A program made the translations under genes and the position numbers. Positions 1 through 13,530 of a stretch of DNA of 64,000 nucleotides are shown here, in pieces. The stretch's first letter is position 1, and every line of letters begins with the position of its first letter. The stretch covers positions 23,646,175 through 23,710,174 of the forward strand of contig CM119266.1 of NCBI GenBank assembly GCA_051294375.1. The letters are read 5' to 3'. The stretch comes from Paraspadella gotoi. Lineage: Eukaryota > Animalia > Chaetognatha. The notes below the pieces were generated by a model. That model was not told where the DNA came from. It saw only the letters and a program-made list of their open reading frames with translations, and searched no databases.

Positions 1-143
1 AAGAGAGAGAGAAAAAGAGAGAGAGAAAAAGGAAAAAGGAGAGAGAAAGAGAAGGTAACGAAGACAGGGAAATATTCTCAGATGAAATAACATAGTCAGA
101 AGTATATTTTCCTCACTTCATCTAAACTTTGCTCTCGCTTTAA

Positions 144-414
144 CTCGCCCCTGGGGGAGCAGTTTTTGCTCCCCAAGGGTTACCGCCCAGGGGCAGACTT
201 TTTTTTGGCCCCAGGGGGCTAAGCATTAAGGAGGGGCGCCGCCCTAATAGACCCAAAAAATATTGCCCCAGGGGAAACCCCCTGGGCGGCCCCTTCTCTG
301 TTATTGGTACCAATCCAGAGGGGGCGCCCCCTCAATGACCATAGTTTGTGCCTGCTCCCCCTGGAATAGTCTGCCCCCTGGGGCCGGCCATAAGGAGCCG
401 CCCCGCGGGCGGAG
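144..414. repeat. GC-rich degenerate palindromic element (MITE-like) built of CCCCAGGGG/CCCCTGGGG motifs
   Basis: cccaggggcagact (186-199) is mirrored by agtctgccccctgggg (368-383). Internal hairpins ggggagca/tgctcccc (154-174) and ~290-325. Sharp GC island in AT-rich flanks. No clear TSD. Confidence 0.5.
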
Positions 415-454
415 GATTGGGAGATGACATATCTCGCCATGGTCCCGTCCGGCC

Positions 455-1105
455 TAAGTGGTAAACGTCATTTTCACATCGATGACCCGTGAGGTCCAAC
501 GAATTTACGTCGAGCGACACCAGGGTCGCCTCGCGGGCGTAAGTGGGCGTGTCTGCCCGAAGAGGAACTCCGGCGTCGCCACGTCAATTCGGGACCCATG
601 AAAATAATCTCGACGACACCGAATACTAAAGAGGCGGTTTTCTATGAAATTGGTGAACCAATATAAAAATTATCCATTCATTTAATAAATAAGCTATCTT
701 GCCCCTGACTTTGGCAGCTTTGGTGGTTTAAGGCCTCATCACTTTTTTCTTTCTTTTTCTCCTTATTTTTCTTTTCTTTTTTCATTTTTCTTTTCATTTA
801 AAATCTGTTTGCATATAAACCCTGAGCCAACTATTTTCTCCCTAAATCAGTTTCGCCGATCAAAAAGAATTCTTTCGCCTCCCAACTTTGACTCCCACAT
901 CTTCTTACAGTCCCCCCCAACCCGCCTCTTTAGTATTCGGTGTCGTCGGGGAGAATTATTTTCATGGGTCCCGAATTGACGGGCGACGCCGGAGTTCCTC
1001 TTCGGGCAGACACGCCCACTTATGCCCGCGAGGCGACCCTGGTGTAGCTCGACGTAAATTCGTTGGACCTCACGGGTCATCGATGTGAAAATGACGTTAC
1101 CCTAG
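455..1105. mobile_element. Foldback/MITE-like element with ~177-bp terminal inverted repeats
   Basis: 461-637 (gtaaacgtcattttcacatcgatgacccgtgagg...gaatactaaagaggcgg) is the near-perfect reverse complement of 922-1100. The spacer is ~285 bp. Both ends abut CTA/TAG-like trinucleotides (possible TA or TWA TSD). No transposase. Confidence 0.75.
644..738. repeat. Copy of dispersed repeat family A, nested in the foldback spacer
   Basis: atgaaattggt...aattatccattcatttaat...agctatcttgcc...gctttggtggtttaaggcctc matches 55519-55613 and, in part, 48531-48588. Confidence 0.75.
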
Positions 1106-1242
1106 ACGACGAGCATGGCGACGACGACGACTACGACGCTAACGACGAAGAGAAATTCTCAAATCATAAAGCATTGATGATCGGCTTAATGATGACTAAA
1201 TTTCAGCGTATCGACCCCGCCATATAAATGGCCAACTTTTCT

Positions 1243-1331
<89 letters not shown>

Positions 1332-1873
1332 GTCCGTTTGTCAGTTTTGTTTACAGTTAGACGGTCATTTCTGCGAATACGGAAATGGATTCGTCGTCCG
1401 AGTTGATTGTAGAACGGACATCGATTGATCTGTGTGTTTAAGAATCCCTGCGCAACTGGAGAACCAAAAAATCAAAACTTGGCAATTCCGAGCTTTGCCA
1501 TTTCATTATCTAATCAATCCCGCGAATTAACCTATCGCGTTCCAACCCCAAGTGACACTTCGGGCCAACCCCGATCCCCGATCCGCTCCAAACTTTCCTC
1601 TCAAATCAGATTTCCTCCTCGTAAATTATGACGCAATCGATTTCAGACGAATCGAAACTCGTTTAGGGCGACGACGACGATAGCGACGACGACGAACGAC
1701 GAGGACGGCTCGATTCGATTAAAGTCCTTTTCGCCCTCCCGCCAAGGAGAGACTGAGAGAGAGGTAGAGAGAAGAGGCATTCGTCGTCAAAGTCTAGACA
1801 CGCAATCCGCTGCCCGCGTAATCGGACTCAGTCTCCCGCGTCCTCTCTCTCTCTCTCTCTCTCTCCTCTCTCT

Positions 1874-1909
<36 letters not shown>

Positions 1910-2175
1910 CTCCTTCTCTCTCTCACCCCCTCGTTTCCGCTTTCTAATAAACGGGGGAGGGATAAATCGACAGAGATGGAGAGACCTCGCGACGGCCCCG
2001 CCGTGACGGTCACGTGACGGCTCTCACGTGACCTTGACGCTCGCCGCTGTTCATCATCGCGGATCGAGGGATTCTGTGAGTTCCGCCAGAATCTGACTAG
2101 CAAAGGCGCCGCCAAAGGATTCCACTGAATCGGCGATCATTCGTCTCCTTCGTCCATCCACCTCTGTCTCGCTCC

Positions 2176-2231
<56 letters not shown>

Positions 2232-3374
2232 ACACTAAGGGCGGCTCAGGACAGAGACGTCGGCTGATACGACGTGGTTGAGCGATCGCAGACGGACAGA
2301 CGGAGAGAAAAAAAGGAGAGAGAAAAAGAGAAGAGAGAGAGAAATAAAAACCAGCAAATTTCTCTTCCGATTTTTTTTTTTTTTTTAGAAGCATTCAAAT
2401 TGAAATCGTATACTCCGACTCCGAGATTTCTTTTCGTCAAGAGGGTCCTATATGGATAATACTATGCCCCATTTGTTTTCTGATCCATTTTCACCAAAAT
2501 CCACTTGGGTCCTAGGATACTTTTCATCTTGGCCGACAAATCCAAACTCAATTCATCTCGCATCACAATTTTTTTTCTTTTTCTAATTTACGGTGTAACC
2601 CTTTCTTTCATCAGGAAAAAAAAAGAAAGAAAATTCGGCTAATGATAATCGACATCGAAAAAAAAGAAATTTAAAAAAAGAAAAGATGAAAAATCGTTCT
2701 TTTTTTTTCTGGACGAGTGAGGATCGCGCGCCATGACGTGGCCAATCGGATTAAACGCGTTGTCGAATGGTCGAAGAAATCTTGGCGTATTGAGACGACG
2801 ACTCGTGATTGGTCGAATTTTTCCCGACCAAAGTCGGACTCGCGGATTTTTTTTTTTCGGGGATCGAGATGAAACGCGGATCACAGGACGTGATTTATCC
2901 GACGCGGTCTCCGAGCAGGAAGATTAGAAGGAGGCGAATCGTGCGTTTGGGGGAGAGAGGGAGAAGGGGAGGAGCAGGAAGAAAAAAAGGGAGAAGGTGG
3001 AAATGGGGAGAAAGGAGAGAGGGAGAAGTGGAGGTAGACCAAAGTGTGCAAAGTTGGCAAAACCAAATGCGAAGAAACACAAAAGGGAAAAGGACAAGAA
3101 CAATAACATTTTTCAGAAAGATTTTTCGAATCAGAGAAAGACAGAGAGAAAAAGACTCTAATTTATGAGAAGAGAACGAGAGAAGAACATGGAATAAAAC
3201 ATAATTTTGACGAGACTCTGACATGATTTTTTCGAAATGGGAAGGTAAAAACAAACAAGAGGAAAAACCACAAGGATAAATTCGACACGAAATCGTGACG
3301 GGAAAAAAACCGAAAAGAAACTAAAGGACACCTCATTTTTTATAATTAATCAGTGACCCAAAATATTAGTTTCT

Positions 3375-6300
3375 TTATCTCCTTGAGTTGAAGGACTCCT
3401 TCGAGTAAGGCAGGTCAGTTTCTTCTACCCCCGGGCCAAGTAGTGTCCGGAATCCTCGTTAACACTTGTCTTTTCAATTTTTGGCCTCTAAGTCCAACTT
3501 GTTATCTGGCTTCTCAGTCCTTCTCTCTCATCCTTGGCCTTCCCGTCTCGTCTGGCTCATTTTTCCGCAGAGGCCACTCGCTCCCTTCCGCCGTTTTCGC
3601 CCCGTCGTCTCGCGGTCCGCCTCGGCGCGGCGAAACCGCGAGGTCGAGCCCGACGGGGCCTTTGTCGGCCGACCCGACGTGCGACCACTGGAAAGCAATA
3701 AAACCATAAACTGTCCGCCCGTCGTCGTTTTCGTCGTCGTCGTTTTCGTCGTCGTCATTTTCGTCGTCGTCGTTTTCGTCGACATTTTATTTGCCAACAG
3801 CGCGTATTGTTTCGCAAAAGGAGTAATGTTTGTTGATACGGTGCCATGAAGTTCCAGCGAGAAATAAGGGTTGTGGCATTGTATGGTCAAAACATGACGG
3901 GAGGGGCGAAATACAAGGTCACGCACCAGTCGGTTCCACCCCCAGAAAAAAAAATATTCAAATATTTATGGGAAAATACCGGAATGAAAAAATATATATC
4001 ACCTGTAACAATTCCAACAACGAAAAACACGACTAAAATTAATAAAACCATTTGGTTTTATTTTCCTCTTGAAAAATAAAATAACAATTTCAAACCTTTT
4101 TTTTTTTCGTTATTACAATATTAGGGAATCGGAGAGCGCTCTCGAATAAATTCGTATTACTCATTGATATATATTAAAATAATTAGTCAAACCTAAAAAT
4201 CCGCCGTATCTTTATGATTAATCCCCCATAGAAAAAATGATCTCTCCGATCCTTCGCCATCTTATTCCTCCCCCTCATGAGGCTCACTCGACCATGAGCG
4301 CCCCTGCCCCGGGCTGGTCTCGATATCGTAGCCCCATCTGAGCATGGTGCGCCAAACGAGCAAAAGGATCCTTGGTCTCGTCCTCTTGCGAACCACGCCT
4401 TGGGTTCGTTGTTGTTGCCCTCAGCATCTTTGAAGACGTAAGACTGCAGCCTTGCAGAGAAGTCACTCGGAGAGGCTTGCCCGCGTGGATCTGTGGAAAA
4501 AAGGAGTTTTGAAATTGAATTGTGGCTTTTGTGGTGAAACGGGGAATAAGATTGGGTGTACGAAGTTAATATAATTTTTCGGACTAATGATTGGGTTACA
4601 AACTATACATTATATATGTATATGCATATATAGTATTGCCCAAAATGACGAGTACACTGTACAGTCTGAACAGTAGCAGTAATTTAGCCATTGAGCAAAA
4701 TCAAACGGAAGTCCCTCTCGGGCGCGTCTTTATGTTTATCATTCTATAACCGTTGTACGTTGAAACCTGTCAAAACATTTATTAGGACCTCAATCTCCAA
4801 ACTCTTGACTAGTCAACGCGTCACCTTGAGATCGTCTGTAATCTTCGTGCAGTCTCCGTCTCCAGAATCGCTTTTCTTGGACAGGCGATGTGAGGACCCA
4901 TGAGGTCCGAGTCGTAGTCGACTGCGGAACATGTGACCCCAGTAACTCTCACCGGGGGACACGAGTGAGCTCAGATTGTTCCAGGCAACGCTACCGATCC
5001 ATTCCCGCCGTCTGATCCGAAGGGGAAGAGAAAGGGGTAAGCCTACTTACCTTCCTTACCGTAAGCAATCGGGTAAGTTTTATAATGTCGTGGTAGCTAC
5101 AATAAATTGATATGGATGGAGAATGAAATTATTGAATGGTCATTGAATAATATATATTTTTATGGCGGAACGAAAACTTCTTATTTATGAAATTGGTACA
5201 ACCAATATATGTTTAGAAAAATTTTAAGCTAATTAGTGGCAACCAAAATGATTATTTAAATTTTGTTTTTAATAATCATGAAATATTCAAACTAGACTTT
5301 GTTCTGAATTATCTTTTAGTCAATGCTCTTTTTTAATATTTTTGCTTTCATGATTATGTTTTATTTGTACGTATATAACCCTGATACCAATAAAAAGTAC
5401 TACAATCAAGATGTAACTACTTTTGTAGCAGTGATTGAGAGCGTCGCTCGCCTCATCTTCTTCTGATCTTACGACCCATTCCAAAAGTAACGAGGAGCCC
5501 GAGCAGGACTTCGCCTTTGCCACCGATGGTTCTCTGACAAACATTGTTTAACAATTAATTAGCACAGTTTTTTTTTCGCCAATAATTTCGGAACAAATTA
5601 ACTAACCCTTCTGCGTTTTGGGTATGGACAATTCCAGGGAATCGTTGATCGTTTTGAATGGGTCGCTCTGGTCCAGATCTATGTCAAACGTATCAGCCAT
5701 CATAACCTCTGCGTGCGAGAAAGTTTGAGAGATTTATCAGTACGTCCTTCTGAACTATATATACAATATCATAAACATTAAGGGCAATAAGGCAGTGTTT
5801 TTCCTAGAGTCTTTCCGTCGGGTCATCCTGGTCTTTGACATTCATTTCGTCATCGTCTCTCACGTGCTTGTCGGCGCGCCGTCCTCGCCACGGATTTCTG
5901 CAATGTCTTGCGTTCTCGAGTCGATCCTTCGATTTATTAGTTAATCCATCGATCCTCGACCTTTGGTATTTCGAACCGGAAGTAAATGGAACGGAGGACA
6001 GAGAAAATATATTTATAAGGAAATAAAAATAATTAACCTAATAACAATTATCGGTCAAAACATACGAGCGTCCTTGATTTGTTCAACGAGTTTCCTTGTT
6101 GTTCCGCATATTCTGCCAAATAAATTACAAAAATTCCCGGGCTTATTAAACTGCACGGTTCACCGGGCATACGTGTAAAAAAATAAAATCCGTGACGGAT
6201 TTCTTTACCAGGTTTCAAATTCTTCTCGAGCAGATCATGATCTTTTTACCCATTTCTTCCGCGTCTGGTGAAAAGTTAGAGTTAAAGAGAGCCAAGATGA

Positions 6301-7120
6301 TTTAATTGTTAGCACGACAAATAAAAACTAAAATAAATATAATTTGAGAAACTGACTTACGTCCATACGGCTTCTCTCTTAAACACATTTCTACTCCTGA
6401 AAAAACGTTTGATCGTATACAAAACCCATAATTTAAAATGTCCTGACGACAAAAATGAGGATTGGTACTTTTTTTCGTTTTCAAAATGAAGGTAAGTTGG
6501 TAAGGTCCGTGTCTAGGATCCATCTGTAAAATAAAAGTTATTGCAATGTCATTTTCATTCAATCACAGTCATACTTCTTTGCGTTCACCTTCATACGCAA
6601 TAATACTGGCTTTGGCTTTGCCTTTATCACTGAAAGAAATAAGTATAAATATTTGCCAATTAAGATTTTCTCATTGGAACAACAAATTTTAAACATAACT
6701 ATACCACTCTCTTGCCATCCTGGATGTTTCCGTTAAACCGTCCATTTCGTCTTTATGTCTGCGGCTTTATTCAATCAGGGTCAGATGAATTGGAAAAACG
6801 ATCGGTCAAAAATGAAACAGAAAATTTGTTTTTTACTTCCCATAGGTTAATAATAATAATAATATATCATCATGTTAACTCACGATCGGAAGATCTGGTA
6901 TGCCGCCTGGATGAAACGGAAATAATAATAAACAACTATGAGCGATAAAAAAGAAAGCCATGCCATGCCACGTCCCTCTCTTTCCCTCGGCTCACTCGAG
7001 GAGAGAACTTTGCTCTTCAAATCGGTGAACTTGATGAAGTTTGACGATGCTGAAGACGATGGAGACCATGATGATGCAGGTAGGCGACGGTCAGCCCATC
7101 GTCGCCATACGCACTTCCGA
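3375..7120 (-). CDS. Multi-exon protein-coding gene of unknown product (possible N-terminal signal/TM segment); indel errors in 3' exons
   Basis: Minus-strand GT-AG exons 6884-6906, 6705-6758, 6575-6629, 6469-6523, 6361-6396 and 6173-6264 splice in consistent phase to AAYQIFRSHKDEMDGLTETSRMARECDKGKAKASIIAYEGERKEMDPRHGPYQLTFILKTKKRVEMCLREKPYGHAEEMGKKIM. Further splice-bounded candidate exons: 6996-7120 (ATG 7108, hydrophobic IIMVSIVFSIV), 6066-6112, 5607-5749, 5421-5533, 4825-5011, ~4650-4766, 4288-4490, 3375-3687. The 3' structure and stop codon are tentative. Confidence 0.7.
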
Positions 7121-8260
7121 CTGACGAGGAAAAAGAAACAAAACCAAAACAAAATAAAACGGAAATGATAAACAAACGATTTTCGTAAACAATCAATCTC
7201 CTTATTTACTATATTAGACTAAAATTAGACTAATTTTTGGGTTTTTTTTATCCTCACATCGCTCGGCATTTTTTTTTCCGTCGATGTGACGACGAAAAGA
7301 TTAAATTCCGAGTTGACATTCTTTTCTTTCCCGCTGCATAGCGAGGAATTGTATCGACGGATTTTAACCGAGTATTTTAATCGAGTATTTTCGATGGTTT
7401 TATCGAATATTCGACGGATTTTAAATCTTTATTAGGTTATTAATTCGATTCTTTCGAATGTTTTCAAGTCAGAGTATTTATTCCTTTCATTTCATAGTAT
7501 TCTTCGGATAGATTTCCACTGCCTTAGTATACCAACAGATAACGCTGGAAAAAAAAAAAACAAAGAAACATAAGTTTTTCTGTTCTCCGTAGATAAAACT
7601 TGGATCCAGTTTTTTCTGTTTTTGTCGTTGTTGTAGTAGTTTTTTTTAAATTTCATTTTTTTTTGTTGTTTCCCGCCTGTCGTCGTCGTTCTGACGCCGT
7701 CGTCGTCGTCGTCGCCGCCGTCGTCGCCATCGTCGCCATCGTCGTCGTCGTCATTGTCGTCGCGTCGACGAGACGTTACTCCATTGACGCCATGACGTAT
7801 TCCGACGTCATCCCGCGCCAAAGCGACGAGAGTCTATTTTCTTTATTGCCGAAATAATAAAAACCCGCGCTGACGCATCTGGGTCCCGAAGAGATGAGAG
7901 AAGGCGTCGCCCCTGGGGGTGGGAAGGGGGCGTCAAGGTTGGTCGAGGGTGTTGGTGTGATGAGGCTTTTGGAGAACGGGGAGAGCAAAAAAGGGAATGG
8001 TTGACTTTATCTTGTAATGATGTCGGTGCGTATATATTTGGGAGAACAATAAAGATATAGTAGAACGAAGAAACGATTTTATGATTCAAGACGACAAATT
8101 CTCTGATATATTCTTTTCTACCATTTAGCCTCAAGATAATGTCATATCTTTCATATCAAAATCGATAGTTTTTCCAAATTTTATGATTTTCAGGTCAGGA
8201 TTGGTCGTCTGAAGAGATATTTTCAGAGAAAATGAGCGAAAAGCAGGTATAAATGTGCAA

Positions 8261-8339
<79 letters not shown>

Positions 8340-8597
8340 TTGAACAACCGCGAGTGAGAAAGGAGACATGGGAGAGAGTGATTTACCCCAGTTTCCGTCA
8401 ACTCCACCTCTCACGCGCCACCGACGCGGAGTCGCCCGCGTCACGCGCACTCGTGATAATGTCGATATAAAAAGAGAATAAAAACGGGAGAGAGAGAAGG
8501 AAAAAAAAAGGAGAGGAAAATGAAAATGGGGGAAAAAGGAGGAAGAGAGAAAAAACGTTATTCATCCGATGTCGAGCGACCAAATCATCTGAGAGAG

Positions 8598-8676
<79 letters not shown>
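8261..8676. repeat. Two (GA)n microsatellites (8261-8337, 8590-8676)
   Basis: Direct reading. Confidence 0.95.
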
Positions 8677-8680
<4 letters not shown>

Positions 8681-8982
8681 TCTTGAGAGAAAATTCGCTT
8701 GCGACTTTGTATTTAACTTTCTTACACGGTTTCCTCATTCTCCATTCCATTCATTATTTCTTATATATACTTCATCCTATCTTCTCTACTCTACTCTCTT
8801 ATCTTTTCCCATCTCCCATCTTTTCCCCTCTCTTTTCTTCTTCTCTTTCGTTCCCTCCCTCCTCGAGTCCGGCCCCTTTCTCTCGCTGTCATAACGTACA
8901 TAAATTCTGACGGAATATCGCCAGCGATAATGAGAAAAAGCTGAAGCCGCTGGAACGGAGACGACGAAACAATGGAAGCAAG

Positions 8983-8986
8983 GACG

Positions 8987-9056
<70 letters not shown>

Positions 9057-9062
9057 GGCGGC
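8983..9062. repeat. Compound (GAC)n(GGC)n trinucleotide repeat
   Basis: Direct reading. Similar compound tracts at ~19390-19422 and ~49885-49950. Confidence 0.95.
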
Positions 9063-9728
9063 GCAGCGGCAGCAGCCGTGGTGGCAGCGTCGATGAAGAA
9101 TTCCAGATGTTGAATGAGAATTTTGCGATGTGTATGTGTTTTACTCATTACATATGTTTCTAAAATTAAATAAAAATAAAATACAATGTGCGATATTCGT
9201 TAGGTAATATTTGTACATTCCATTCACTATGATAGATTCATTCAGAATCATCCGTCTCCCCTCGTCTCGCAAGATGACCTATTTAAAACAAAGTACAAAA
9301 CTCAGGAGAGGATCAAAAAAGAAAGACGGAAAACGCTCTTTAAATCCTTTTTGTTCTCGTTCACATCATTTATACTCACTTTCATATTCATATTCACGGC
9401 AAGGATTTCAACATGGAACGAAAAAATTTATAAGCAAATGAAGATATTTTTTTTCCTTCCATTTTTCAGGTTTTTTTCTTTCTTCTCTCTTCATTCTTAC
9501 TTTCTTTATTTTTTCTTTCTTTCTTTCTTTTTTCTTTCTTCTTTCTTTCTTTTCTTTCTTTCTTTCTTTCTTTTCTTTCTTTCTTTCTTTTTTCTTCTCT
9601 CTCTTCTTTTCTTGTTTCTTTGTTGATGAATGTTTCTCCCGAAACAAGGATTAGCTCCTTCGGCGTTCCTTCCTTAAATCGCGGCGAAAATTCAAACGCT
9701 ATTCGCGCGTGCTCTCTTCTCTCTCTCT

Positions 9729-9790
<62 letters not shown>

Positions 9791-9981
9791 CTTTATTTCG
9801 GGTGATTTTTTTTTCCTTTCAGTTTTTTTTAGTGAAGCGACTTTGAAGTTTAAAAAAGAAAATAGAAAGAAAAAAGTTGGAATTTTTTTTTTCTTCTCGG
9901 ATGTAATTAACTTAACGGGTTTTTTTTTCGGTGGCGGTTTTTTTTTTTTTTTTTTTTTTTTGAAATTCAGAGACCCAACTT

Positions 9982-10006
9982 NNNNNNNNNNNNNNNNNNN
10001 NNNNNN
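9982..10006. other. 25-N assembly gap (same size at 36722-36746, 41147-41171, 43726-43750, 59962-59986)
   Basis: Exactly 25 N each, the placeholder size used by long-read gap-fillers such as PBJelly for overfilled gaps. Confidence 0.85.
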
Positions 10007-10294
10007 GAAAAGAAAAGAAAAGAAAAGAAGGAAAAGAAAAATTAAAGATCTCGAGAAACATTTATTATTTTGTAAAAAAAATGGTAAAAGTTTTTTCTAT
10101 AATCTGAAATATCTCGCCATGATGTCAGCGTTAATACCGTGCTGGAGAAAAACGCGTACAAGACCGCGACGTGCGTACGAGATGCGAACGTGCGTACGGC
10201 GTTGGAGAAGGCGTCTTCTCTCCGGCGCCGGGGGAACGATGAAGGGGAACAAAGAAAATCTATTTTTCACGATTCCAAAACTCATCTCTTTTCC

Positions 10295-10328
<34 letters not shown>

Positions 10329-10987
10329 GTCTCCATTCCTTTTTATTTCCTTTCTTCCCATTTTTTTTTGGTTGGCAACTTTTTCGTTTCCCAACTCTCG
10401 TCTTTGCCCTTCGCCCGAACTCTTCACTCACTCCCCCGCCCTACTTCGACTTACTCGCGCACCTTCTGCAACCTTACCCGCTTTTTCCTTCCACTTTTCC
10501 TTACTCCCTCCCTCACCCGGCTGGGAACCAAAGCGCGAATCCTCTCAAAGATTGATGCCACATTCTTTTCGGCTTCAACGCCGTCGCTGAATATCATCCA
10601 AAATTTACGTCGTCTCCTCTTTTTTTTTCTTTTTTTTTCTTTCCGAATTTCTGTTTCATTTATTCAGTTGTTGTTTTGACATTTTGTTAGATTTAAGGTT
10701 TTATCTTTTGTGTATATATAAAAATACATTATATGAGACACGTAGAGACAGAACATTGAGTTTTTTTCAAATTTTTTAGGACATGAAATAGAAAACAAGA
10801 CGAAAATTTTTATCACAAACCAAATTTAACTTTTCCTTTTGCCGCCTCAACTCTCAACCGCCTGATCTCAACCACCTGATCCCATTTCATCAGCTGCTCT
10901 CGAAATGGGAAAAAATCAAATTTTCAAAATGCAAGCGCGCGGTGGCAAAAATTGCATCAAGTAAAATCTCATTGGATGACCGGCGCA

Positions 10988-11129
<142 letters not shown>

Positions 11130-12194
11130 TTCCATTTTTTTTCTCGAGACTCAGATCTGACGGAAATTCAGAATGTTCACAGCGAATGCTGACGAAGAAA
11201 AAACCGAGAGGGAGACAGAGAGAAGAATGTGGAGGGAAGAGAGAGAAGAGAGAGAGAGTGAGAGCGAGAGAGTTTTCGACACGCGTCATTTTCCGAACGA
11301 TGATATAGTTTTTATGCTGATGACGAATTCTGGGACGAGAATGACTCGATTTACTCTCAAAACCAGAATTCAGGCCGAAATTCTCGGAAATGAAAAAAAA
11401 ACTCGAAAATTATACGATTCATAAAACATTAAACTCGATATGATATATCTCATTTGTAAGTATTCTTTGGGATAAAAGTTGTTTTAGTAGCAAAATTTGT
11501 TCTTGAAGATTAATAATGCTTAAAAAAGCTAAATTATTCACGGTGTTTTTTTTCTATTTTCATAGGACTGGGTCCTCGGCTTTTCTTTTATTTTTATCAA
11601 GATTTTGTTGGACGAAAAACGAATTTCAGGAAGAAAAATTTTGATCGTTGACACTCGCATAAAAAATGTCGGACAGGAAGTAATAAAAATCCACCCTCCC
11701 TGTCTCCCGCTCTCTCACCCATCTCTCTCTCTCTCTTCCCTTCTTTCCCGTCCGTAATTCAAATTCACAAATTTTCCCGAAAGTGACCCCAATTTCTCGG
11801 GTCAAAAATTTAAAAAGTCGTGTAAACGATTTTTTTTAACGGATAGTGATTATGGGGCCCAAATGGCTGAGAGAGGGGAAGTTGGGAGAACTTTTTCCTT
11901 TTTTTTCTTCTTTTTTTTTGTTTGCCACCCTTGGATCTGATCCGCCAGACACTGAGGAACGCCCAGCTCGGCTCTCTCTGATTTTTTCCTAAATTTTTGG
12001 ACTAAGAAAAATAGGAAAAATCAACTCTTCGACATTAAAATCACGTAAATGTTCTGAACAACTATTATCTAAACAACTCTAATCGCTATATATAACAATC
12101 GCTTTCTTCCCCAATGTTGAACAAAAATACTACATGTTAAACCTACCGAAAAACAATCTCACTGACTGCCGAGAATCTTAGCCATAAAACTAAA

Positions 12195-13530
12195 ATGTCT
12201 TCCAAAACAAAGAACATCTGGCTCACAAGGCCAGAACACGTGGGTAAAACTAAAAATTCTAAAGAGCACCTGTCTAAATACTGAAATATTAATGACTGTG
12301 GAAATAAAGACCTACCACCAGGAATCTCGTCTACTTAAAATCCTAGAAGCACTTCAGTGCCGAGAAAAAACAGCTTTTGCTCGCCTTTTTGGCAAATGAG
12401 ATATAGAGATGTTTTTGCCAAAAAATCAGTCTCAAGAAAAGAATACACAATCTAACAACAGAGCCAAATCACTCCCATGACTTTTCGAAAAACTGTCGGT
12501 CGTCTCTCAACCACTATATAGAATCCCGTATATTATAAGCTTTGGTTCGACGGAAGCCTTTCACGGCTCTGCCTCTTTTGATGAGAATAAAAATCACTCC
12601 AACGCGGGGATTCTGATTATCTTTGCAAAAACAGATAAAGATTTCAATTTAATATTATGTTAAAACCTAACAATTGGCATCAAAACAAATATGTTTTTCA
12701 CTCCTAAGCACAGAACAACTGTCTCCCACTTCATTTTAATTCAAAGGTGTTTGAACCAGATTACTCTGAAGAAGACATCCGAGTTGCGATGATTAACAAG
12801 GGTTATACTGACTCCAAGTTTTATTCAGAACTAACATCCGATTCCAACTGGAAAACCAAGTTGGAATGGTATAAAGTGACTTTAATTCCTTGAAACAGAA
12901 ACCAGAAATTCTAGAGAACAAAATAAACATGTTCACAAAGTCCACACAGTGACGGAGTACTTTACAGAAAAGATCTTCAAATGTATAAGTGCCAGAAAAT
13001 GGTCATAGGCTCAACAAATGCCCATCAAGAAATTCAATATGTTTAACGTTGCGACTGGTTGAGCGGCATCGACAAGACTGTGCAGGACTTTGAAGATACC
13101 AAATGTGTCAACTGGTGGTGGCCGCCAAATGCTGCCCATTCAAAATCTTGCCCCACACTTCTTAGAAGCACGTCGTCAGCAAAGTACTATCTTAAATACT
13201 CACAATGCCCGCCGAGTCAGGCCCAGAAGTCTCCTATTCCAGTGTTGTACAAATAATGTGGAAACACTCGACAAAAGATCACATTAATGACATCCAAGAC
13301 ATCTTCACTGCGTATCCTTTAGTCCTTAATGAATATGGGAGTGGGAAGTGCAGTATCTAAAGAAAATATTTTAAGCTTCAGTAAAAAGTCAATAGATAAT
13401 AAAGAAAAAATATCGATCAAAGATACTAAAGAAAAACTTGTAAGCAAAGAGAATAGCAAAATGCCTGTGACTTCTTCGCAACAATTCCAAAGCAACGAAT
13501 TCTTTAACAGATCCAACAAATACTGCAGAT
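12195..13530 (+). pseudogene. LINE ORF1 (gag-like nucleic-acid-binding protein), disrupted
   Basis: Remnants of three tandem zinc knuckles at ~12975-13155 (C-YKCQK..GH...C; C..C...H; KCVN.GG..A.SKSCP), read across frameshifts. Candidate ATG at 12195. Boundaries are approximate. Confidence 0.7.

Noticed and set aside
9843-10679. Longest ORF in the track (278 aa)
   Set aside because: Runs through an N-gap, poly-T and (CT)n; low-complexity F/L/S composition.
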